Shown: positions 56,191-64,000 of the stretch, piece after piece
Layout of the letters: the number at the start of each line of letters is the position of its first letter
How positions within the stretch are numbered: the stretch's first letter is position 1
Virus record (IMG/VR): IMGVR_UViG_3300027710_000009
From: a virus
Taxonomy: Duplodnaviria; Heunggongvirae; Uroviricota; Caudoviricetes
DNA length: 64,000 bases
Reading direction: 5' to 3' (one strand)
Notes under the pieces: model-generated
What the model was told of the DNA's origin: nothing
Seen by the model: only the letters and a program-made list of their open reading frames with translations
The model's database searches: none
Program-made: the position numbers and the translations under genes

Positions 56191-56981
56191 TTTAGTCCCT
56201 TGTACATTTTTTCTGCGGTAGCTTCTGCGCCACGCAATTTAATTAACTCTAATATTGCAGGATCATCTGCTTGAACACCATGTGGCACAAACAGCGCACG
56301 ACTACGTGTGTCAGCTGAATCAGCTGGTTCAGTCACATAGTACACTGCCATGCTTTGACGCATTGTACCTTGTGGGCAATTCAAATCTTTTGGTAAGCCG
56401 TGCCATGATTGTTGTGTGGTATCAAACAACACAGCGCGATTGAATTTGTTTTCAATTGTGTTTGCTAACACGCTTGGTGTACCATCTTCATTGTGATCCC
56501 AAACTTCCAGTCCGCCGCCCCAGCTTGATTGCCAATCAGGTGTGATGTACACAATCAAGTTGTAGTGACGTTCTAATTGTAGCTTGGGATGTATGCTGTA
56601 GTCAAGATGTACGTTCAGTTTTCCTGCTGTGGCATGGGCATGCCAACCGCCTCCGTGTAGGCCAACATCTGCTTGTACGCCTGGATTGCCTGTGATTTGT
56701 GATATGATGTTTTCAAACTCGAAGCTACAGAGATAGTGAAAAGTCGAGTAAGTAGTTCTTGGGAACTTGTCCCAGTGGTTACAGGCTTTTTTGTTTTCGA
56801 TGGGGTTGTTGTAGTGGGCATTCCAAATTCCTTCTGCTTCGTATGCAGGAAACTCTTTGACCAATTGTTCAACAACTTCTGGTGCAAAGAAGTCGTCCAT
56901 GACAATGTGATTGAATGGTTTGTTTGATAAGAACTGGCTTTGTAATGCTTTCCAGTCTCTGTCGTTTAGAAATTTAGTCAT
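56187..56981 (-). CDS. 2OG-Fe(II) oxygenase; likely start 56981
   Basis: PFNHIVMDDF, HGGG.H, VHLD, WGGGLE.W, FNRAV.F, WHG, R.S. Confidence 0.85.
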   Translation of the reverse strand: MTKFLNDRDWKALQSQFLSNKPFNHIVMDDFFAPEVVEQLVKEFPAYEAEGIWNAHYNNPIENKKACNHWDKFPRTTYSTFHYLCSFEFENIISQITGNPGVQADVGLHGGGWHAHATAGKLNVHLDYSIHPKLQLERHYNLIVYITPDWQSSWGGGLEVWDHNEDGTPSVLANTIENKFNRAVLFDTTQQSWHGLPKDLNCPQGTMRQSMAVYYVTEPADSADTRSRALFVPHGVQADDPAILELIKLRGAEATAEKMYKGLK

Positions 56982-56988
56982 GCGTTCC

Positions 56989-57714
56989 TTAGTTGATAAT
57001 AGGTTGTCCGTTGGGTGCAATGTTGCCATACACACCAACTTCGTCAAGCTCATGCACAAGTTCTCTAGGAATGCCATGATACAAACAGTGTTCAATATCT
57101 GCATATCCGCCAACGGCCATGCGATTGACCATGTAGTTTCTACCAATGTTGTAGTATTCAATCATGTCCTGATGTCTTGAAGTTGGCCAACTGAGCAAAC
57201 GGCACATGTACTGCATGTGCATGCCCACTACTTCAAACGGAAACTGACTGCGTACACTTTTACCAATTACTACTTTGTCTTTGATTTCTTCTTGCTCGTA
57301 CATGGACAGATCAAATTTTTCGTTTAGTAAGTAACGTCCACTCATTTTGAAAATACGATCTTGATCTTGTATTTCACCTGCATCCCAAAGAGTTTGTAGA
57401 CTCTGTGGGAATGTTGTGAGCTCTGTGAGATTTTTAACAATGTCCCAGTTGTTGTAAAATTGCGGAGTACTGTAGATATATTGCACATCTGAATTTTTTG
57501 TAAAATCCAAAAATATATCCACAGCATCCATCAATGCGTTTTCAGTTTCGGGTGTGTAACCGCTACCACTGACTTCGTTGATTACAATTTTGCATTCTGG
57601 AACACGATCTCTAAGACATTTAATAGTGTCCAGAGTCTGTTGTAGTCGCTGGGTGTGATTGTACACACCAAAGCGAGTGTGAATGGCAGATGTTACAATA
57701 AACGTTGTTTTCAT
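56989..57714 (-). CDS. Hypothetical glycosyltransferase-like protein
   Basis: FIVTSAI, R..QT..TI, IFKMSGRY.L, DIEH. Confidence 0.65.
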   Translation of the reverse strand: MKTTFIVTSAIHTRFGVYNHTQRLQQTLDTIKCLRDRVPECKIVINEVSGSGYTPETENALMDAVDIFLDFTKNSDVQYIYSTPQFYNNWDIVKNLTELTTFPQSLQTLWDAGEIQDQDRIFKMSGRYLLNEKFDLSMYEQEEIKDKVVIGKSVRSQFPFEVVGMHMQYMCRLLSWPTSRHQDMIEYYNIGRNYMVNRMAVGGYADIEHCLYHGIPRELVHELDEVGVYGNIAPNGQPIIN

Positions 57715-58742
57715 TTGCGCAACCACCGATCATTGATCAATGTCCAATCCACAACTTCTTTCACACGCTCGCTGAGTTTGATCTTAGGAATCCAACCCAG
57801 AGTTTCCAGCAAGCCGCCGTCTAGTGCATAGCGCAGGTCATGTCCTGGACGACTGGTATGGAAGTCCACCATCTCGTGCTTGAGTGGTTTGCCTTGTGCA
57901 GTGGCAATAAGTTGTGCCAGCTGTAGGTTATCAATTTCTTCTGGCCCAACCAAGTTGAACTTGGGACACTTGGCGCCACCGTAGTCGCTTTCGTGTTTGT
58001 AGTTTTGTAGTTTTTCAAGAATAAACATCAAGCCATCTGCCACATCCTTGGCGTGGATGTAGTGGCGTGAACCTGCTTGAGTCTTGCTTGGATCGCTGTG
58101 TACAGTAACAACTTCACCGTCACGAACTTTCTGGATCACCATTGGAATATACTTTTCTGGGTGCTGGCGTTCGCCAAACACGTTCATGGTATGTGTGACC
58201 ACAATGGGCATCTTGTAGGTGTTTTCAAATGCCACGCACAGTTCTTCTGCGGCTGCTTTTGATGCTGAATACGGATTGGTTGAATTGTAACGATCGTATT
58301 CTTTGTAGTTCACACCAGGAGGTGCTGGGCCAAACACTTCGTCTGTTGAGAAGTTGATAAAGCGTTCCAGATTTGGAAGTGTACGTGCCCACTGTAGTAG
58401 ATTGACTGTGCCTACCACATTGTCCATGACAAATTCCATTGGATATTCGATTGAACGATCCACGTGTGATCCTGCCGCAAGGTGCAACACATAATGTATG
58501 TCACCAATCATGCCACTGGTGAGTGGGCTGATTTCTGCTTTGAGATCATGAAACACCGGACGCACACGTTTACGAGTTTCCGGATCATGTTCTTGCATCA
58601 TGTCTGCAAGACGATTTAGGTTACCACTGAAATCCAAACGATCTAGCGTGACTATGTTCCAGTCAGTAGTTGTTAGGATACGATCAATGATGTGATGGGC
58701 GATGAAACCGGCGCCGCCGGTAATTAGAACGTTCTTTGACAA
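57711..58742 (-). CDS. rfbB: dTDP-glucose 4,6-dehydratase-like
   Basis: GGAGFI, AA.SHVDRSI, STDEV.G, YSASK, QHPEK, RPGHD.RYA. Confidence 0.9.
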   Translation of the reverse strand: MSKNVLITGGAGFIAHHIIDRILTTTDWNIVTLDRLDFSGNLNRLADMMQEHDPETRKRVRPVFHDLKAEISPLTSGMIGDIHYVLHLAAGSHVDRSIEYPMEFVMDNVVGTVNLLQWARTLPNLERFINFSTDEVFGPAPPGVNYKEYDRYNSTNPYSASKAAAEELCVAFENTYKMPIVVTHTMNVFGERQHPEKYIPMVIQKVRDGEVVTVHSDPSKTQAGSRHYIHAKDVADGLMFILEKLQNYKHESDYGGAKCPKFNLVGPEEIDNLQLAQLIATAQGKPLKHEMVDFHTSRPGHDLRYALDGGLLETLGWIPKIKLSERVKEVVDWTLINDRWLRK

Positions 58743-58773
58743 TTTGAATTCTCCAATGCGTAATTGATATCAA

Positions 58774-58846
58774 TATTTATAGGTGCAGTTTTAGCTGGCA
58801 TTGATTTCTCTAAGCACTTGCTCTACACACATTAAATAGCTATACT
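58774..58846. promoter_or_regulatory. Divergent promoter region of the glycosylation cluster
   Basis: Minus TATAAATA 58774-58781; plus TAAATA 58833-58838 inside TTGCTC-17-TATACT. Confidence 0.6.
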
Positions 58847-58879
58847 CAACACTATACATTATTTTTCAATGGAGCACAA

Positions 58880-59932
58880 GTGAAAAAGGCACTCATCACC
58901 GGTATTACCGGACAAGACGGATCATACCTAGCAGATCTACTGCTGGAAAAAGGCTACGAAGTTCATGGACTGGTACGCCGCAACTCAAATTTTGAGTTCA
59001 TACCCAACATCATGCACATACGTGATAAAATCACATTGCACTACAGTGATCTCACTGACGGAAGCAATCTACGCAACATCATGCTCAAGGTGCGCCCAAA
59101 CGAAGTTTACAATTTGGCCGCACAAAGTCACGTGCATGTGAGCTTTGATGTTCCGGTGTTCACTGCCGAAACCAACGCAGTGGGTGTGCTCAACATACTA
59201 GAAGCTGTTCGTGCGCTGGTTGAAGATCAGCGCCGAAACAACGAACCAGAAACACGTTTCTACCAGGCCAGCACAAGCGAAATGTTTGGTAAAGTGCAGG
59301 AGGTTCCACAAAAGGAAACCACTCCATTCTATCCACGATCACCATATGGTGTTGCTAAACTATACGCCTACTGGATCACAGTGAACTACCGTGAGAGCTA
59401 TGGTATTCATGCATCAAACGGCATCTTGTTCAATCATGAAAGTCCACGTCGTGGCGAAACATTTGTTACTAGAAAAATCACATCTGGACTGGGCAGGCTG
59501 TTTGCTGGTATCCAAAATGATCCAATCAAACTGGGCAACATGGATTCCATGCGTGACTGGGGACATGCCATGGACTTTGTGGAAGGCATGTGGCTGATGC
59601 TACAGCAAGATGAGCCCGACGACTATGTACTGGCCACAGGCGTACAACATTCAGTACGTGATTTCCTTAACATGTGTCTAAACTGGTACAAATGCACCTG
59701 GGGTTATTTTGGAAACGGCCCAACTGAATATGCAATTGACATGATTAGTAAACGGACTATTGTGCAAGTTGACCCAGCATTGTATCGACCTGCTGAAGTA
59801 AACACCTTGCTGGGTGACAGTACCAAGGCACGTGAAAAACTAGGATGGAGTCCAAAGTTTAATATTGAAAGTCTTGTACGTGACATGTGCTCGGCAGACT
59901 ATCGTGGTCTGCAGGATGGGTATCGCCCATGA
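58880..59932 (+). CDS. gmd: GDP-mannose 4,6-dehydratase
   Basis: [58 protein letters not shown]. Confidence 0.97.
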   Translation: MKKALITGITGQDGSYLADLLLEKGYEVHGLVRRNSNFEFIPNIMHIRDKITLHYSDLTDGSNLRNIMLKVRPNEVYNLAAQSHVHVSFDVPVFTAETNAVGVLNILEAVRALVEDQRRNNEPETRFYQASTSEMFGKVQEVPQKETTPFYPRSPYGVAKLYAYWITVNYRESYGIHASNGILFNHESPRRGETFVTRKITSGLGRLFAGIQNDPIKLGNMDSMRDWGHAMDFVEGMWLMLQQDEPDDYVLATGVQHSVRDFLNMCLNWYKCTWGYFGNGPTEYAIDMISKRTIVQVDPALYRPAEVNTLLGDSTKAREKLGWSPKFNIESLVRDMCSADYRGLQDGYRP

Positions 59933-60699
59933 AAGTAGTTGTAGCCACAGGAGGCTTTGATCCTGTACACTCAGGGCACATCGCCTATTTCAAACATGCC
60001 GCTACCCTGGGAGATATCCTGCTGGTAGGGCTAAACTCAGATGCTTGGCTGCGCCGTAAAAAGGGTCGTGCATTCATGCCCTACACAGAACGTTCAGCAG
60101 TGATTGGCAATCTGGCCATGGTGCATCAGGTGTTGGAACTAGAAGACAGTTGTGGCACAGGTGCAGACGGTATTCGTCAGGCTCGTGCGCTGTATCCAGA
60201 CGCAGAGATTGTGTTTGCCAATGGCGGCGATCGCGGAGCAGGCAATGTACCTGAGCAAACAGAGTTTGCTGATGATACCAAAGTGCTATTTGAGTTTGGT
60301 ATCGGAGGAGACTGGAAGCAAAACAGTAGCCGTTGGATTCTAGACGAGTGGAAAGCACCACGCACAGAAAAGCCCTGGGGCGAGTTTCGCCTGCTACATG
60401 ACTACGGTGCAGAAACAAAACTAAAAGAACTCACTGTGCAACCTGGACAAAGACTCAGCATGCAGAAACATGCCAAGCGTTCGGAGTTCTGGTTTGTTGC
60501 AGAAGGACAAGCAACTGTGTATACTATCAACTCCCGCACCACTGATGCAGAGCTGGTAGGTGTATTTGGCAAGCATCAGAGCGTATGGATTAGCAAAGGC
60601 GAATGGCATCAATTAGTTAATGATACCGATAAGCCACTACAGCTGGTAGAAATACAGTACGGCGAAGACTGCGTCGAAGAAGATATTGAAAGGAAATAA
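59929..60699 (+). CDS. Cytidylyltransferase (RfaE-II/TagD-like) fused to type II mannose-6-P isomerase cupin
   Basis: [17 protein letters not shown]; then KPWG, LSMQKH..RSEFW, EIQYG...EEDIER; ATGA overlap with gmd. Confidence 0.88.
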   Translation: MKVVVATGGFDPVHSGHIAYFKHAATLGDILLVGLNSDAWLRRKKGRAFMPYTERSAVIGNLAMVHQVLELEDSCGTGADGIRQARALYPDAEIVFANGGDRGAGNVPEQTEFADDTKVLFEFGIGGDWKQNSSRWILDEWKAPRTEKPWGEFRLLHDYGAETKLKELTVQPGQRLSMQKHAKRSEFWFVAEGQATVYTINSRTTDAELVGVFGKHQSVWISKGEWHQLVNDTDKPLQLVEIQYGEDCVEEDIERK

Positions 60700-61875
60700 A
60701 TGTCACAACCACGTTGGCCCCTAATGAAGAATGCGATTACCTGGGGTGATCGCTTGAGCATGGTAAAGTTTTTGCTTACCAGTGAGAAATACACAAACGG
60801 ACCACGTGTTCGTGAATTTGAAGCGCAATGGGCAGACTGGGCAGGTAGCAAACATGCTCTCATGGTCAGTTCAGGTAGCACAGCAAACACCTTGATCATC
60901 AGTGCTGTTAAAGAGAAAATGGGTTGGAAAAACGGCGATAAGATTCTTGTGCCCGCTTGTACCTGGGTTACCAACATCAGCCCTGTGTTCCAATCAGGAC
61001 TAACACCAATCTTCTGTGATGTTAACTTGGACAACTTCAGCTTTGATGTTGAACACATGAAACAGATTGCAGTCAAGCATCCTGACATCAAGGGTATCTT
61101 TGTAACTCACTTGCTGGGCTTCTCGGCTGAGAATGAAAAGTATCAAGAAATCTTCCCCAAAGCAGTTATCCTAGATGACGTGTGTGAGAGTCACGGCTGT
61201 ACTGACACCAGTGGTGTTCGTCGTGGTGGTAAAACCACCACAGCAGGTAGCTTTAGCTTTTACTTTGGTCATCACATGACCACAATCGAAGGTGGTATGG
61301 TCAATGTAAACGACAGTGAACTATACGAACTAATGCGTATGAAACGCAGTCACGGCTTGGCACGTGAATCAGGCAACTTAAAAAAGTATGCAGATCAGCA
61401 CCCAGAGATTCACCCACAGTTCTTGTTCATGACAGACGGCTATAACCTACGCAGTTCAGAAATCAACGCTGTGCTGGGTATGAGCCAGTTACCACGCTTG
61501 GATGGCATGATTGAACAGCGCCGTGATAATTTTAGACAGTTCTGCTCTATCATGTGGAATCACCAAGACAAGTTCCATCCTGTTACATGGCAAGAAGGCA
61601 ACAGTAACTTTGCTTTCCCATTCATTTGCAAGACACCAGAAATGGCCAAACAAATGAAACAAGTGTTTACCCGCGAAGGTGTTGAGCATCGTCCTATTGT
61701 GGGCGGCAACTTGCTACGTCAACCATTCCTGGCAGGGCACAAGTTTGGTGTTCCTAAAAAGAACAGCAACGTTGACTTGCTGAACGACAACGGTGTTTAC
61801 ATTGGCAACAGTCACTTTGTCACAAGCAAGGATATGGATTGGCTAGAAGAGACCTTGGAGAAGATCAGTGCATAA
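60700..61875 (+). CDS. ColD/RfbH-like PLP-dependent sugar 3-dehydratase (DegT family)
   Basis: SSGS.AN, DD.CESHG, SFYFGHHMTTIEGG with His at the usual Lys position, RPIVGGN. Confidence 0.82.
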   Translation: MSQPRWPLMKNAITWGDRLSMVKFLLTSEKYTNGPRVREFEAQWADWAGSKHALMVSSGSTANTLIISAVKEKMGWKNGDKILVPACTWVTNISPVFQSGLTPIFCDVNLDNFSFDVEHMKQIAVKHPDIKGIFVTHLLGFSAENEKYQEIFPKAVILDDVCESHGCTDTSGVRRGGKTTTAGSFSFYFGHHMTTIEGGMVNVNDSELYELMRMKRSHGLARESGNLKKYADQHPEIHPQFLFMTDGYNLRSSEINAVLGMSQLPRLDGMIEQRRDNFRQFCSIMWNHQDKFHPVTWQEGNSNFAFPFICKTPEMAKQMKQVFTREGVEHRPIVGGNLLRQPFLAGHKFGVPKKNSNVDLLNDNGVYIGNSHFVTSKDMDWLEETLEKISA

Positions 61876-62275
61876 AGTAAACGAGTTACTTGCGCCTATT
61901 TCGGTAGGCGAGTTGTACGACAAGATCTCTATCTTGGAAATCAAACTCATGCACGTGGGCGACAACGAATCCAAGCGGGCAAACATTCAAAAAGAGCTTG
62001 ATAAACTAAACCGTATCAAGCATGACCTCAAGTTGCCAGACAGCTTGAACAAACGTGCCGAAGTTGAGGAAGTATACCAAGAGCTAAAGAACATCAATTT
62101 GGCTCTCTGGAAGATTGAAGACATGAAGCGCCGTCACGAAAAAGAACAGAATTTTGATCAGACATTTATTGCGCTGGCTCGTCAAGTTTACATCAACAAC
62201 GACCGCCGTGCAGAAGTCAAACGCAAGATTAATGAAATGTTGCACAGCGACATTGTAGAAGAAAAGATCTATTGA
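61868..62275 (+). CDS. Conserved hypothetical protein (DUF6165-like)
   Basis: PISVGEL.DKISILEIK...LW.IED..R...AR.VY..ND.RA.VK..IN...EEK.Y. Confidence 0.8.
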   Translation: MHKVNELLAPISVGELYDKISILEIKLMHVGDNESKRANIQKELDKLNRIKHDLKLPDSLNKRAEVEEVYQELKNINLALWKIEDMKRRHEKEQNFDQTFIALARQVYINNDRRAEVKRKINEMLHSDIVEEKIY

Positions 62276-63216
62276 TGATACATACTATTTGTTTTTTTAA
62301 TTACTGGCACAACGGTGATGTCTATGCAGGCAAAGGCTACATGCAAGACATCATTCGTCAAATGCCTACTGTGAAGTTCCAACATGCTCAACTCAACAGT
62401 TTGAAGACCATGAGTGATCTCAACTGTGAACACATTCACACTGACACGCTGGGCACAGGTGTGCCTAGTTCTGTTCGTTATGTTGACCTCAACGGTGTGC
62501 TATACATCAACACCTGGGTAGGCGCATACGGCAATGCTGTTATTCCGCAAGGACAACATCATGCCAACTGGGTCAGCTTATACAAGATGTGGATGCACAT
62601 CTATGATGTAATTGATCAGGTGTTTGGTATTGCACTTGAACGCACAGACGACATTACTCATTACATTCCAACCACTGACTGGTCAAAATTTGATATTGCT
62701 CCTGCGAATCGTTTCCTGGGCCAACACCAAAATATTGTCCTGATGTGTAACGGACTTGTTCGTAGTACCCAAAGCAATTTAGGTGCCATGGATGATGTTA
62801 TTATTCCACTTGCATTAGAAAATCCAGAAATTGACTTTGTTTGCACTAGTAAATTTGACACAACTGGAGTAGATGCCACCAACATCTATTTTACAGATGA
62901 TATTTTTAAGGATGTGCAAAACGGTGACATTAACGAAATTGCATATCTAAGTACCCGAGCATTTTTGATCATGGGTAAAAATTCAGGTCCGTTTATGTTT
63001 ACTCATATACAAGAAAACATCTTGGATCCAAACAAGATCTTCATGAGTATGAGTCATCGTAGCAGTGACAGCTATGCATGGGGTGTGCAAGGATTTGAAT
63101 GTCGTTATTACCATTACTCAGGTGACGATGCACCCAATGCGGCCGGTGTGTTGCGCGAGGCCATAAAAAACCGGAACGTGTTAGGTCCCGGTGCTATTGA
63201 AGAAGTTGGTATTTAA
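62272..63216 (+). CDS. Hypothetical GT-B-like protein
   Basis: HNGD near N-terminus, G.NSGPF near C-terminus. Confidence 0.6.
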   Translation: MMIHTICFFNYWHNGDVYAGKGYMQDIIRQMPTVKFQHAQLNSLKTMSDLNCEHIHTDTLGTGVPSSVRYVDLNGVLYINTWVGAYGNAVIPQGQHHANWVSLYKMWMHIYDVIDQVFGIALERTDDITHYIPTTDWSKFDIAPANRFLGQHQNIVLMCNGLVRSTQSNLGAMDDVIIPLALENPEIDFVCTSKFDTTGVDATNIYFTDDIFKDVQNGDINEIAYLSTRAFLIMGKNSGPFMFTHIQENILDPNKIFMSMSHRSSDSYAWGVQGFECRYYHYSGDDAPNAAGVLREAIKNRNVLGPGAIEEVGI

Positions 63217-63371
63217 CTTTCCTCAGTACCTTTGGCATCAAGGTACTGTTTCAACACACGCATGAGCTTGCGACTGGTATCGTACACATACTCACGTGTG
63301 TCACCATCTTCGCCAGTGATGCTCAAAATGTAGCCGTTTGCGGCTTTGCGAATTTCCATATTTTCAAACAT
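63213..63371 (-). CDS. 52-aa hypothetical protein MFENMEIRKAANGYIL... (not in ORF track)
   Basis: Clean ORF, TTGATT-17-TAATAT promoter upstream. Confidence 0.7.
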   Translation of the reverse strand: MFENMEIRKAANGYILSITGEDGDTREYVYDTSRKLMRVLKQYLDAKGTEES

Positions 63372-63425
63372 GTCAGCCTTTCAGTTTAGTTGGATAATGT
63401 ATTATACTACCTACTGAATTAAAAA

Positions 63426-64000
63426 TCAACCTTTGATATAGCCGTATTGTTGAGTGGCAAGCAATGCTCGCTGTATCTTCATGGTCATTGGGTGTCTAGG
63501 AAGTTCTTCGATGATTTCTACTATTCTTGGACGTTCGTGTGATTTTAGTTTGTTGGTATGGATTTTAATTTTTCTTTGTAACACTGATAAATCAATGGCA
63601 TCTAATAGGACTATACAGACTTTTACACAACTCAATCCGTTGCCATCTAAAGCATGAACTGCAACGACGTCATCAACTTCGGGCAGTTCTCGTATGGTAT
63701 CTTCAATCACAACAGGACTAACAAATAATCCATTGGTCTTAAAGGTATCTCTACTTCTGCCTTGCATGTAATAAAAGTCTTGTTTCTTTATAAACACGTC
63801 ATGTGTGGTTACCCATCCGTCAACAAAACTTGGCGCACCTTGTGTTATTTCTCTCACAGCATTGCATTTGGACCTGGTCCATACCTCGCCGGGTTCACCG
63901 TCTGCTACAACGTAGCCTTGTTGATCTCGAAGTTCAAGTTCTAATTCACTGTCAACCAATCTCAATGAGCCCAACGGGTTGCCAGGTAGTTGTACCATGG
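63426..64000 (-). CDS. AMP-binding (acyl-CoA synthetase-like) enzyme, C-terminal part; runs off window
   Basis: GEVW.R, W.TTHD, GRSRD.FK.NG..VSP..IE, ELPR....KIQR. Confidence 0.85.
   Translation of the reverse strand, partial: MVQLPGNPLGSLRLVDSELELELRDQQGYVVADGEPGEVWTRSKCNAVREITQGAPSFVDGWVTTHDVFIKKQDFYYMQGRSRDTFKTNGLFVSPVVIEDTIRELPEVDDVVAVHALDGNGLSCVKVCIVLLDAIDLSVLQRKIKIHTNKLKSHERPRIVEIIEELPRHPMTMKIQRALLATQQYGYIKG

Noticed and set aside
54558-57161. Long N-terminal extensions of GT9 (to 55679), the oxygenase (to 57161) and the cytidylyltransferase (from 59887)
   Set aside because: They overlap upstream genes extensively; internal ATGs at 55481, 56981 and 59929 give normal coupling
1-64000. 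Stop-codon reassignment, introns or inteins (e.g. in nrdA, nrdB, helicase)
   Set aside because: Conserved genes are full length and uninterrupted in the standard code

Overview
The window is a 64 kb segment of a large (T4-like/jumbo-type) tailed dsDNA phage genome. It is densely coded, mostly on the minus strand, and reads in the standard genetic code. The host is probably proteobacterial, inferred from IscU/IscA, ClpX/ClpS, NrdAB and sigma70 promoters. Left to right it contains: curli-type CsgG/CsgF; a proteostasis/translation cluster (ClpS, Hsp20, ribosomal protein bS21, ClpX); virion/fibre genes; a small plus-strand early island; SleB hydrolase; NrdAB and glutaredoxin; an exonuclease; IscA/IscU; a block of putative head-packaged proteins (a ligase-like protein, two Pol-beta-type nucleotidyltransferases, a LysM polyprotein); replication genes (helicase, primase, miniature DnaE, UvsW); small early genes behind near-identical sigma70 promoters; and a large NDP-sugar/glycosylation cluster. 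The most striking signals are regulatory and read directly from the sequence: many replication genes look leaderless, a structured 3'-UTR RNA displays an anti-Shine-Dalgarno loop complementary to early-gene RBSs, hsp20 has a ROSE-like leader, and the csgF RBS is sequestered in a hairpin whose loop holds a late promoter. Together with phage bS21 these suggest a translational switching system. No tRNA, rRNA or CRISPR array was seen. Product calls come from motif recognition by eye; no database search was run.
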